Positions 10,201 to 17,432 of a stretch of 32,000 nucleotides of DNA are shown piece by piece. The position numbers and the translations under genes were made by a program. The stretch's first letter is position 1. Every line of letters starts with the position of its first letter. The DNA lies in the NCBI RefSeq assembly GCF_000341395.1, contig NC_020304.1:3840001-3872000 (forward strand), written 5' to 3'. The stretch comes from Desulfocapsa sulfexigens DSM 10523. GTDB taxonomy: Bacteria; Desulfobacterota; Desulfobulbia; Desulfobulbales; Desulfocapsaceae. The notes beneath the pieces were generated by a model. It did not search any database. It was not told where the DNA came from and worked only from the letters and a program-made list of their open reading frames with translations.

Positions 10201-10338
10201 TTCTTTTTCTATGAGACGGTTCGTCTGATAAATATTGATTGCGGTGGCAAGGGATAAACTCACTGCAACAACAGCCACTACAATAAATGTCGCCTTTGCG
10301 CGAAGAGTAAAGTTTTTGTTAGAGAAAAAGCGTTTCAC
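7213..10338 (-). CDS. membrane hybrid sensor histidine kinase (2 TM + periplasmic loop, HAMP, HisKA, HATPase, REC, REC, Hpt)
   Basis: TM1 is [22 protein letters not shown] and TM2 is [19 protein letters not shown], with a loop of about 140 aa between them. A HAMP domain follows. H-box [15 protein letters not shown]. HATPase motifs [27 protein letters not shown]1 is LIVEDN ... [13 protein letters not shown] ... MMTAFG ... TKP. REC2 is LLAEDN ... [13 protein letters not shown] ... AVTAHA ... AKP. Hpt motif [15 protein letters not shown] start lies 3 nt after the stop of the upstream gene. Confidence 0.92.
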   Translation of the reverse strand: MKRFFSNKNFTLRAKATFIVVAVVAVSLSLATAINIYQTNRLIEKEQERSGEAIVQGLAQAAELPMIVQDKLELDRLIDGFLWNDQVQFLIIYNKDNEIVAKRNLDTVAYDSFIESGSNSGSLIVSHPIVFQTDKNFTGWSLSAGNSDTSFEAKEVGKVLVALSLVAVRKAQLHQAFVSLIAAHLAAAIGIFIIFKGIGNWTRRLDGLVDATDAMKSGDFTHRISIGVTDEIGKLASAFEAMREAVQQRDTELRDLNDSLHDLVRERTDKLERAMVEAQTANEAKSSFLANMSHEIRTPMNAIIGMVGLSLNKKLSPKLREYLLTVRSSAESLLAIINDILDFSKIEAGKITLERIDFQLHQLFDKLADLFSDQAAARNIELVIGVEAGVPVALRGDPLRMEQVFINLLGNAIKFTEKGVVFVHATVDSETDNMVKILFSVSDTGMGISEEQYESLFEPFTQADGSMTREYGGTGLGLSICRRLVGLHGGDIWVKSKAGEGTTVFFTAEFTRQPVEREIQYVVPATIRGLRVLIVEDNEIASCITSNILESFHFDVDVVSSCAVAQTRIGGKIEKYNLILMDWRMPEVDGVECVKKIRAMEGGDSVPIIMMTAFGGEREVMLAREAGANYFLTKPVKQSLLFDTIMDIFDYPEAMHSSLDDRETRQGVVSSEHLVGVRILLAEDNRINQNVARELLESVGVIVEIATNGQEAVHILQDRGDEFDAVLMDVQMPVMDGFQATEAIRENPALTEIPVIAVTAHAMQGDREKCMAIGMNDYVAKPITPELLFSVLTRWTRPEQMETVYHKKEFAFQLAGGMPELPESFPGVHIESGVIRMAGNVRAYIRMLSDLLEFGNDVIERLPGIFEKDILDAVKEIHTLKGTAANLSAHHLQGVSLKLELFLKEIHASQKHREASDPTAAVIQFEEYLEETRKSLFSLESVVSELESLCGKGKANEKKLRENLIPVDLEDLLRTLGRLKDMIDECDPMSEELWLEKKEDFQGQGIDEEMTRMENHLRNYNFERAADFIVRIEKRLRSQGE

Positions 10339-10341
10339 CGG

Positions 10342-11310
10342 TTAGTGAGCCCCTACATTGCAGGCCTTGTCAACAACAACGGAAGGCAATGAGATTCCGA
10401 GCCTCTCTGCAACAACCACATTCACAGCAATGGTCACTCCGGAGCAGATGGGTTTTTCGGTCAATAATTTTTTTTCGAGCCCCTCAACCACAAGAGCTGC
10501 AGCATATTCTCCCTGTAAAACAGGGTTGGCATCCAGACCGAGAAGAGCCCCGGCCTTAACAAAAGAGCCTGAAAAACCAAAGACAGGGACCTGCTGACGC
10601 AAAGAAGAAAGCAGCAGACTATTAACCGTTGCCCGATTATAAATTGCAGAATCTGCCATGGTCCAGATCATACCGGCATCACGGCTATACAACTCGGCAA
10701 TAGCATCTGCCATAGAGTCATATCTGTCCACATCCACAGCCTCAAGTGTCCAATTGGCTGGAAGATTAGTCTTCACCTCAACCAGAGTTGTCATACTTTT
10801 TATTGATGATGAACGATACAGCATGGCGATTGCCCCTAAATCAGGCATTGCTTTCTGAATAATGGCAAACTGCTCTTTCACGGGTTTTGTAACTGAAACA
10901 CCCGTTATATTTTTCCGACCATTTTCAAGACCAATATTTTCAGGATCGGCGACCATGCAGTATACAAGAAGTGCCGATTTAGGGAGGACATGAGAAAGAT
11001 AGGCCGCTGCCCGACTACCTACGGCCACCCACATTTTGGTTTTATGGGTGGTGGACACAAATTCTGGTGTCTGCCCGGAAAGAGTATCCGATAGAAACTC
11101 CCGGGTAGAGATATCTTTTTTTGCAAGAGAAGCTGTCAAAGCATCTGCTGCCTGTCGATATGGCTCCGCCTCGGAACTCAACACAACAAACACGGTATGG
11201 GAAGCCAGGGCATTACCTGCAGAAAACAGAAAAAAGAGACCGAGCAGAACAACTATCTTGCCCGCTCTGAGAATCCATTTTCCTTTTATGCTCCGTATGC
11301 CCATTTTCAT
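10342..11310 (-). CDS. secreted ABC_sub_bind-family periplasmic binding protein, orphan (no partner permease/ATPase)
   Basis: The overall pattern fits the Pfam ABC_sub_bind family (…VAVGSRAA…, ITGVS…, VPVFGFSGSFVKAGALLGL…, VNVVVAERLGISLP). The track ORF starts at TTG 11400. I chose ATG 11308-11310 because MKMGIRSIKGKWILRAGKIVVLLGLFFLFSAGNALA/SH then forms a canonical Sec signal peptide. Confidence 0.8.
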   Translation of the reverse strand: MKMGIRSIKGKWILRAGKIVVLLGLFFLFSAGNALASHTVFVVLSSEAEPYRQAADALTASLAKKDISTREFLSDTLSGQTPEFVSTTHKTKMWVAVGSRAAAYLSHVLPKSALLVYCMVADPENIGLENGRKNITGVSVTKPVKEQFAIIQKAMPDLGAIAMLYRSSSIKSMTTLVEVKTNLPANWTLEAVDVDRYDSMADAIAELYSRDAGMIWTMADSAIYNRATVNSLLLSSLRQQVPVFGFSGSFVKAGALLGLDANPVLQGEYAAALVVEGLEKKLLTEKPICSGVTIAVNVVVAERLGISLPSVVVDKACNVGAH

Positions 11311-11411
11311 CGCAATTGATTGCACAATATCTTTTTTCTGTCCTGTCCAGGAACCGGTAAACACTTTATCTGTTGTATGGTGTCTCTCTATGAAAAACAA
11401 GAGCTTTTAGC

Positions 11412-13427
11412 TCAAAAAACAAACTGCAGACGACAGAAAAACATTCTGCCGGGAATGGGATGGCTGCTGGTTTGATCCAAACCGACAACTGGATCATATT
11501 CTTTTTTCAAAAGATCCATCACACCAAACATCAGTTCCCCTTTTTTTTCCATAAATCCTCTGGAAATTGTCAGGTCGAGATGATTCGAGGATTCAATTGA
11601 ATAATCTGAAACATCCTCATCCACAGGATCAGAATAGGCGTATTGCCCATTAAAGGTCCAATTTGAATCTATTTTCCAGCGCAGATTGATTCCAACTTTG
11701 TTTCTGGCGGGTAAAAACGAGCGAATGGATTGATGCCAAAATTCCGTCTCAAATTCATTGAAGGCGTACCAGATACTCCACTGCAGTGGCCCAGATTCAT
11801 AGTCAAGCTCGATTTCCACGCCGTAACCTTCCGCATCCCCTGTATTATCTACATACAGGTGATATGTTGGTAATCCTTGGGTATTCACACCATATTCGGC
11901 TCGACCACCAATAAGGTCTTTATACCACATATAGTACAGATCTGTTTTAAATTTAATAGTATCTTTAATATTCCAATGGTATCCGCCTTCAAGCGACCAG
12001 GCCTGCTCGGATTGCATGTCAGGATCTACCGAGAACTGAAAATCATAGTCCTCTTTTCGGGGATCATTATAAAAAATTGCATTGCGGATAAATCCCACCG
12101 GCTGCCTGTAAGATTTTGCGGCACTGATTCGTACAACATGATCCATTAATGAATCGATACCATATATGGAAGAAAGCCTCCCTGACCAGTCTGTCTCGCC
12201 TTCGGAGAAATAATCGCCACGTAACTGGGCTTCAAAAAAGAGCTGTTTTGAATATTGGTATCTGTCAGAGGCAAAAAGGCCAAACCAGCGCTCAGATACG
12301 TCCTCTTCAGCCAGGGTGAACACATTTGGCACCAGAGGGAGGGTTGAAATGTCGGTGTTTCTGAAATTTCCGCCAAAGGCGATAGAATGAGACGCCAGGC
12401 CTGTCATGTTTATCTGAGCTTCAAAATCATTTTCAAGCACCTGATATTCCGCCGCCCCGTAAGAAGGACGATCCATATCCTGATAACGCCCAGCCCAGCG
12501 AAAATATCCTTCCATGGTGGAGCTAAACACTTTTTCCGCCTTAAGATATCCGTTTGCAGTAATCAGCTCATTGGCGCCTGCATCCGATATACCAGCTGTC
12601 TCAAATGCTCCCTGATCAGTACCGGTCATACCTGCACCAAAGGTGATTTCCAGTTCCGATTCTGTTGTATAAATCAACTCACCCCTTGCAAGTGTACGGC
12701 GCTTAAAATCATCACCACCTTCATTCACACTCAAATCAAGCACATCTGAAGAAGAGTTCAAATCTTCATAGCCGGCAGATAACAGCCATTGCCATTTTCC
12801 TGAAACATCGGCATAACGTACCTGGGACGAACCGTCACCAAACTGACTCACAGTTGATGAAAGAAAGAGTCCGGGTACCGTCTCCGGATCTTTAGTGATA
12901 ATATTAATAACACCGGACAATGCATTCGCACCCCAGGCAGCACCACCTGAACCACGAACAATCTCTATCCTCTCAATATCTTCTACCATTATCGGAAGAG
13001 AACTGAATTCGGGGCCGCCAAATGCAGGGCTGTCAGCCGGCATGCCGTCAACAAGGGTCATCGTTCTGTCGGAAAACATTCCCTCTAATCCGTGAATACC
13101 GATTCCATAACGGTTTCTATCCATCCTGACAACATCAACCCCGGGAGCATATCGAAGTGTTTCCTCGATGGAGCTCTGACCGCCATAATGCAAATCATCA
13201 GCTGTAACCACACTTACTGGGACAGAAAGTAGATTCTCGGGTTGTTTTTGTCTGGAAGCAGAGACGACCAAAGTCATGTCCTGAAACAGCAGTAGTTCAT
13301 CGGCCTCACCAAAATCCTCAGAAATCCGGGCAAAGGATGGAGTAGCTGACAAAAGAAGATACAACGAGAAGACAGCAGCTGTACTTTTTCTTCGTTCTAA
13401 AGAAGAAACCGCCTTAAACATAACCAT
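11412..13427 (-). CDS. TonB-dependent outer-membrane receptor
   Basis: Signal peptide ending PSFA/RISE. TonB-box-like DMTLVVSA (nt 13257-13280). Plug motifs (VPVSVVTADDL, IEIVRGSGGAAWGANALSGVINIITK). Long beta-barrel region ending in the OMP-type terminal ...RLQFVF. Start moved from GTG 13442 to ATG 13425-13427 (MVMFKAV...), which has GGAGG 5 nt upstream. Confidence 0.9.
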   Translation of the reverse strand: MVMFKAVSSLERRKSTAAVFSLYLLLSATPSFARISEDFGEADELLLFQDMTLVVSASRQKQPENLLSVPVSVVTADDLHYGGQSSIEETLRYAPGVDVVRMDRNRYGIGIHGLEGMFSDRTMTLVDGMPADSPAFGGPEFSSLPIMVEDIERIEIVRGSGGAAWGANALSGVINIITKDPETVPGLFLSSTVSQFGDGSSQVRYADVSGKWQWLLSAGYEDLNSSSDVLDLSVNEGGDDFKRRTLARGELIYTTESELEITFGAGMTGTDQGAFETAGISDAGANELITANGYLKAEKVFSSTMEGYFRWAGRYQDMDRPSYGAAEYQVLENDFEAQINMTGLASHSIAFGGNFRNTDISTLPLVPNVFTLAEEDVSERWFGLFASDRYQYSKQLFFEAQLRGDYFSEGETDWSGRLSSIYGIDSLMDHVVRISAAKSYRQPVGFIRNAIFYNDPRKEDYDFQFSVDPDMQSEQAWSLEGGYHWNIKDTIKFKTDLYYMWYKDLIGGRAEYGVNTQGLPTYHLYVDNTGDAEGYGVEIELDYESGPLQWSIWYAFNEFETEFWHQSIRSFLPARNKVGINLRWKIDSNWTFNGQYAYSDPVDEDVSDYSIESSNHLDLTISRGFMEKKGELMFGVMDLLKKEYDPVVGLDQTSSHPIPGRMFFCRLQFVF

Positions 13428-13507
13428 AAAACCTCCACTCACAAACAGATAGCCCCTTTTTCATTAAAGGCTTGTCTTTAATTTTCTCAAATGAACATAC
13501 TCCCATA

Positions 13508-13518
13508 TTTTTTTTTTT
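13508..13518. repeat. T11 homopolymer tract in the upstream region of the receptor operon
   Basis: Direct reading: catatttttttttttga, 11 consecutive T (A11 on the operon strand), about 80 nt upstream of the receptor start codon. Confidence 0.8.
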
Positions 13519-13722
13519 GAAAGTGGAATTTTAGCCTTTATGACGTAATCCTGATAACATAAGATACATTCTCATTGAGAAACGACTCTTAACACGACTA
13601 TTCTTTTTGTTCATCAATACCGCCAACAGACTGAAACTGCCTGACCAACGAAAGCCCCTGCCCACAACACAAAAAGACGCCACCATGATCGTTTCAATTC
13701 CTCGGTCAATTATCCCTTTATC

Positions 13723-13751
13723 TTGACTCTTAACGTTTGCCTCGTTAAAGT
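13723..13751 (+). promoter_or_regulatory. sigma70-type promoter candidate for the DUF493 / hypothetical / ABC importer gene string
   Basis: TTGACT (13723-13728), 17-nt spacer, TAAAGT (13746-13751). The TTG that the ORF track uses as a start codon is part of this -35 hexamer. Confidence 0.4.
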
Positions 13752-13812
13752 TCCTCAGATAAATTCAGATAGCCTCAAGGAGCCGTTCATAAAAAAAAAC
13801 CAAAACAATTCA

Positions 13813-14097
13813 ATGAATATCGATCCATTCCCCAAGCCATTCTCCTGTAAAGAAAAACCAAGTATTCAATACCCCTGTTCCTGGACGTACAAGGTAATCG
13901 GCCTCAATGAGAATGCACTTAGACAGGCAATTAAAACCGTAACAGGAGACAGGAATCTGTTAATCACCCGCTCCCATACAAGTTCGGGAGGAAAATATTG
14001 CAGCCTCAATGTTGAACTGGTGGTTGAGGATGACGAAACCCGACTCAAATTTTATCAACACCTGAAAAACCATGCAGCTGTTAAAGTTGTTATGTAA
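13813..14097 (+). CDS. DUF493 (YbeD-like) family protein
   Basis: MNIDPFPKPF...IQYPCSWTYKVIGLNE...TSSGGKYCSLNVELVVEDDETRLKFYQHLKNHAAVKVVM matches the YbeD pattern (FPc-F-KViG ... SS-GkY-S ... v-V). I used the ATG at 13813 instead of the TTG at 13723. There is no clear SD, but an A9 tract sits upstream. Confidence 0.75.
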   Translation: MNIDPFPKPFSCKEKPSIQYPCSWTYKVIGLNENALRQAIKTVTGDRNLLITRSHTSSGGKYCSLNVELVVEDDETRLKFYQHLKNHAAVKVVM

Positions 14098-14105
14098 GAG
14101 ATCTC

Positions 14106-14618
14106 ATGGACAAAGATACCAGCAGTAAAAACTCCCGCCTTATTCCTATCCTCCGCGAAGGAGTTGCAGTGATTCAGATGATTTTTTTCAAGGAAATAAA
14201 GTCTGTTGTCTTACGAAAGCACCCTGATCTGGACAGTTCAGCACAAAACATGTTCGCCGGTGCCATTACCAATGAAATATTCGGAACGCACAACACCGAG
14301 GAGAAATTCCAGCTGTTCCGGAACAGCCATCAAGGGCTCATTGAGCAGGAACTGATGAGCCTGAACAGCGAACTGCCACATATGACGGCCCCACTCTCCG
14401 ACGCTTTGCGTATTCAAACGCTTTGCGACAATCAGGAAGGAATTGACTCGGCCCATGTTCTGCAACAGGCAAACAGCATTGGAATGTTAGTGGCAGATCG
14501 TGAGATTCCTTTACCATCTTCATTTATGGAGACAGTACGAACACTTGGCGCAACGCACAACCTTATTATTCCTCCCGTTGAAATTGACACGACGGAGGAA
14601 CACAATTTACTGCAATAA
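14106..14618 (+). CDS. hypothetical protein (170 aa), no family recognised
   Basis: ATG ORF 8 nt after the DUF493 stop and 31 nt before the BMP gene, on the same strand. No TM helix, signal peptide or motif that I recognise. Confidence 0.55.
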   Translation: MDKDTSSKNSRLIPILREGVAVIQMIFFKEIKSVVLRKHPDLDSSAQNMFAGAITNEIFGTHNTEEKFQLFRNSHQGLIEQELMSLNSELPHMTAPLSDALRIQTLCDNQEGIDSAHVLQQANSIGMLVADREIPLPSSFMETVRTLGATHNLIIPPVEIDTTEEHNLLQ

Positions 14619-14649
14619 TTTTTTCATCCAGCATCCCAAGGAGAGTACA

Positions 14650-15831
14650 ATGAGAAAAACAGTAACCAGCATGGCCTTGGCCCTTATCATGTCCCTGCTA
14701 TTTCTGTTCAGCCCGCAGCAGGGTACTGCATCCGATGAATTTATTTTTGGCCTGCTCATGGTTGGACCTTCTAATGACCACGGCTGGAGCCAGGCCCATT
14801 TTGAAGCTGGAAAAGAAATTGAAAAACACATTCCCGGAAGCAGAATGATTTATATCGACAAAGTAAATCCCGCTGACCGTCCAGGTGTCACGGTACCATT
14901 TCTGGTTGATGATCTTGTTTCCAAGGGAGCGCGACTGATTATTGGAAACTCCGACGACATGACCGATGGTATTCGTGAAGCGGCCATGCTCCACCCCGAT
15001 GTCAAATTTATTCATATTTCAGGTGATGATGCCCTCAACCCCAAATCTCCCGAAAATCTTTCCAACCTTATGGGGAAAATGGAATATGGACAGATGATTG
15101 CAGGATTTGCCGCAGCAATGACTACCACAACAGGAAAGATCGGTTACCTCGGGCCTCTGATCAACGATGAAACCAAACGCCTCGCCGCTGCCTGTTTTCT
15201 CGGTGCACGGTATGCCTGGACCAGTGTTCTGAAAAAAGATCCCGCTGACCTGAGTTTTAAAGTCTCCTGGATAGGTTTCTGGTTTAACATTCCAGGAGTT
15301 ACCTCCGACCCAACCCAGGTTGCGAAAAACTTTTTTGACTCCGGAGCCGATGTTGTCATTTCCGGAATTGACACAACAGAAGCACTGATTGTGGCCGACC
15401 AGAAGAAAAAGGAAGGCGCGGCGGTAGCTGCTATTCCCTACGACTTTCAGGGGAGCTGTAACGCCGCGCCCAATGCCTGTCTCGGTGTCCCTTATTTTAA
15501 CTGGGTTCCCGGCTATACTCACTTTATCAGCAAAGCAATCGCTGATAGCTGGAAAAAAGAGTGGCTCTGGCTTGGCCCTGAATGGACGGACATGAACAAC
15601 AGCATGACCTCTTCCATCGGTTTTCAAATAGGCAAAGCCCTTTCAGGTGAAATACAGGCACAACTTGCCACCTTTGTAAAAGGACTTGGAGATGGATCCA
15701 TATCTCTTTTTAGCGGCCCCCTTAATTTTCAGGACAAATCTGTCTTCTTGAAAAAAGGTGAAATCGCAACTGACATGCAAATCTGGAACCTCCCTCAACT
15801 CCTTGAAGGGATGGAAGGCGCGTCTCAATAA
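14650..15831 (+). CDS. BMP-family (basic membrane protein / PnrA-like) ABC transporter substrate-binding protein
   Basis: AAGGAG (14638-14643) lies 6 nt before ATG 14650. Signal peptide MRKTVTSMALALIMSLLFLFSPQQGTA/SDE. BMP-type motif LLMVGPSNDHGWSQAHFEAG. Followed by a fused ATPase and two permeases. The track start at 14500 is an artefactual upstream extension that overlaps the previous ORF. Confidence 0.9.
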   Translation: MRKTVTSMALALIMSLLFLFSPQQGTASDEFIFGLLMVGPSNDHGWSQAHFEAGKEIEKHIPGSRMIYIDKVNPADRPGVTVPFLVDDLVSKGARLIIGNSDDMTDGIREAAMLHPDVKFIHISGDDALNPKSPENLSNLMGKMEYGQMIAGFAAAMTTTTGKIGYLGPLINDETKRLAAACFLGARYAWTSVLKKDPADLSFKVSWIGFWFNIPGVTSDPTQVAKNFFDSGADVVISGIDTTEALIVADQKKKEGAAVAAIPYDFQGSCNAAPNACLGVPYFNWVPGYTHFISKAIADSWKKEWLWLGPEWTDMNNSMTSSIGFQIGKALSGEIQAQLATFVKGLGDGSISLFSGPLNFQDKSVFLKKGEIATDMQIWNLPQLLEGMEGASQ

Positions 15832-15854
15832 CCCCAAAACCAACCAGAAAATAT

Positions 15855-15916
15855 CACACAGGGAATCTTGAACCGCTGAAGCCATGACACTTCACAATTC
15901 AACATTCCCTGTCGTG
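15855..15916 (+). other. intercistronic inverted repeat (predicted mRNA stem-loop) between the binding-protein and ATPase genes
   Basis: cacacagggaat (15855-15866) pairs with attccctgt-c-gtg (15904-15916), giving 12 bp with a 1-nt bulge. After one mismatch it extends by ttgaa (15868-15872) / ttcaa (15898-15902). It lies in the 134-nt gap between 15831 and 15966. Confidence 0.4.
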
Positions 15917-15965
15917 TGCTTCCCCCACAAATATCCCCTGTGCTCCTATACAGCTATCCCCTCCC

Positions 15966-17432
15966 ATGGATGTAGAATTCCAACATATCTCCAAGCATTT
16001 TGGATCAGTCAGTGCCTTAACAGACGTAAGCCTTACTGCGCATTCCGGAACCATCCATGGAATAATTGGTGAGAACGGTGCCGGTAAATCGACACTGATG
16101 AAAATCCTCACCGGCTACCAGTCAAAATCGAGCGGGACAATTCTTATTGGCGGCCAGGATGTAAAGCTTGACAATCCGAGGCAAGCAGCACGATTAGGTA
16201 TTGGTATGCTCTATCAGGAACCGATGGATTTCCCACCTCTCAGCGTCCTTGAAAATTTCAGTCTTGGCACTCCAGAAAGAAAAGATCAGAAATTGCGTTT
16301 AGCCCTGCTAAGCCTTGCCACTCGTTTCGGCTTCCACCTTGACCCTGACCGCTGTGTCGGACGTTTAACCGTGGGAGAAAGACAACAGATTGAGTTGCTG
16401 CGCCTTATCCACTGTAAAACACGTATCTTGATTCTTGATGAACCAACCACAGGCATTTCGCCTGCCCAGAAAGAGGTTCTCTTTCCCGCCCTCAAGCGAC
16501 TAGCTGCAGACGGCATGACTATCCTGCTCGTTTCTCACAAACTTGAAGAAGTGGCAAGCCTCTGCGATGAGTTGACAGTGCTTCGTCATGGACGAACAAC
16601 TCATCACAGTGCTGCGCCCTTTTACCTCCCGGAACTTCTCACCGCCATGTTCGGAGCTATCCCTGAACAGACAGACAAGATACCCAAAAGAAGTACAGGA
16701 GAACCGATACTGGTCCTGGAAGATGTGGAAGCAGCTGGAGAACGCCTGGGACTGCAGCAGTGTAACACCATCGTAACAGAGGGTGAAGTTATTGGCCTTG
16801 CAGGACTTGACGGTGCGGGTCAATCCACATTTTTGCGTCTCGCTGCGGGGCTGACGACACCCATTGAGGGAACAGTAAAACTCTTTGGAGAAAACCTCCC
16901 CCGCACTATTAATGCCAGCCTGCAGGCCCAAAGACTGAAGACCTCTTTCATTCCTGCCGATCGTCTTGAAGAAGCACTCTTTGCAGAAATATCCATAAGT
17001 GATCATTTCAGTCTGCGAAGAAGTGGCAATACATTCTGGCACTCCACAAAAACCAGCAGAAGACTGACCCAGGAGGCCATCGCCCAATTTTCCATAAAGG
17101 GACAGGCAGAGGATGCAGCAGGAGACCTTTCCGGAGGTAACCAGCAACGTCTCCTCCTGGCCCTGCTCGACCCACAGTCACGCCTGTTACTTCTGGAAAA
17201 CCCGACCAGAGGGCTCGACATCCGTTCGGGACAATGGGTATGGAACTATCTGCGCAGTGAACTGAGCCCTGAAACAACTATCATTTTTTCATCTCCTGAG
17301 CTGGACGAAATTCTCTATTACAGTGATCGTATTCTTGTTTTTCATGATGGTGATATTGTGCTGGACAGCGCTATCCTTAACACCAGTCACGATGTTATTG
17401 CTGCAGCTATGATGGGAATGCAGGAACAATGA
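15966..17432 (+). CDS. ABC transporter ATP-binding protein, fused double-NBD (CUT2/nucleoside-sugar type)
   Basis: NBD1 has Walker A GENGAGKST, signature LTVGERQQ and Walker B ILILDEPT. NBD2 has GLDGAGQST, signature LSGGNQQR and a degenerate Walker B, LLLLENPTRGLD. Confidence 0.9.
   Translation: MDVEFQHISKHFGSVSALTDVSLTAHSGTIHGIIGENGAGKSTLMKILTGYQSKSSGTILIGGQDVKLDNPRQAARLGIGMLYQEPMDFPPLSVLENFSLGTPERKDQKLRLALLSLATRFGFHLDPDRCVGRLTVGERQQIELLRLIHCKTRILILDEPTTGISPAQKEVLFPALKRLAADGMTILLVSHKLEEVASLCDELTVLRHGRTTHHSAAPFYLPELLTAMFGAIPEQTDKIPKRSTGEPILVLEDVEAAGERLGLQQCNTIVTEGEVIGLAGLDGAGQSTFLRLAAGLTTPIEGTVKLFGENLPRTINASLQAQRLKTSFIPADRLEEALFAEISISDHFSLRRSGNTFWHSTKTSRRLTQEAIAQFSIKGQAEDAAGDLSGGNQQRLLLALLDPQSRLLLLENPTRGLDIRSGQWVWNYLRSELSPETTIIFSSPELDEILYYSDRILVFHDGDIVLDSAILNTSHDVIAAAMMGMQEQ

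Noticed and set aside
13632-13647. sigma54-like element TGGTCAGGCAGTTTCA on the minus strand upstream of the receptor operon
   Set aside because: The -12 position reads TTTC rather than TTGC, the GG-N10-GC spacing rule is not met, and no enhancer-binding protein gene is nearby.
13428-13722. Cobalamin (or other) riboswitch, or FecIR-type control, upstream of the TonB-dependent receptor
   Set aside because: No B12-box-like GCCACTG core or conserved riboswitch junction motifs are visible on the minus strand. There is no sigma/anti-sigma gene and no receptor N-terminal extension. A covariance-model scan (Rfam/Infernal) would be needed to rule this out definitively.
13723-13812. TTG-initiated 30-codon extension of the DUF493 ORF
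   Set aside because: The TTG is part of a TTGACT -35-like hexamer. The YbeD-like homology begins right after the internal ATG at 13813.
14500-14649. Upstream 50-codon extension of the BMP binding-protein ORF given in the track
   Set aside because: It overlaps the preceding ORF and would bury the signal peptide. AAGGAG followed by ATG at 14650 gives a canonical N-terminus.
15019-15627. 202-aa minus-strand ORF inside the BMP binding-protein gene
   Set aside because: It is antisense to a gene with clear family motifs, a signal peptide and an RBS, and has no independent support. Shadow ORF.
16500-17147. 215-aa minus-strand ORF inside the ABC ATPase gene
   Set aside because: It is antisense to a well-supported ATPase gene, is Cys/Ser-rich, and has no recognisable domain or RBS. 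Shadow ORF.
17184-17213. Degenerate Walker B (LLLLENPTRG, Asp to Glu and catalytic Glu to Asn) in the second NBD of the ABC ATPase
   Set aside because: It is real in the sequence. To my knowledge, however, a non-canonical second nucleotide-binding site is a common trait of fused CUT2/BMP-type ATPases, so it is not unusual for this locus.
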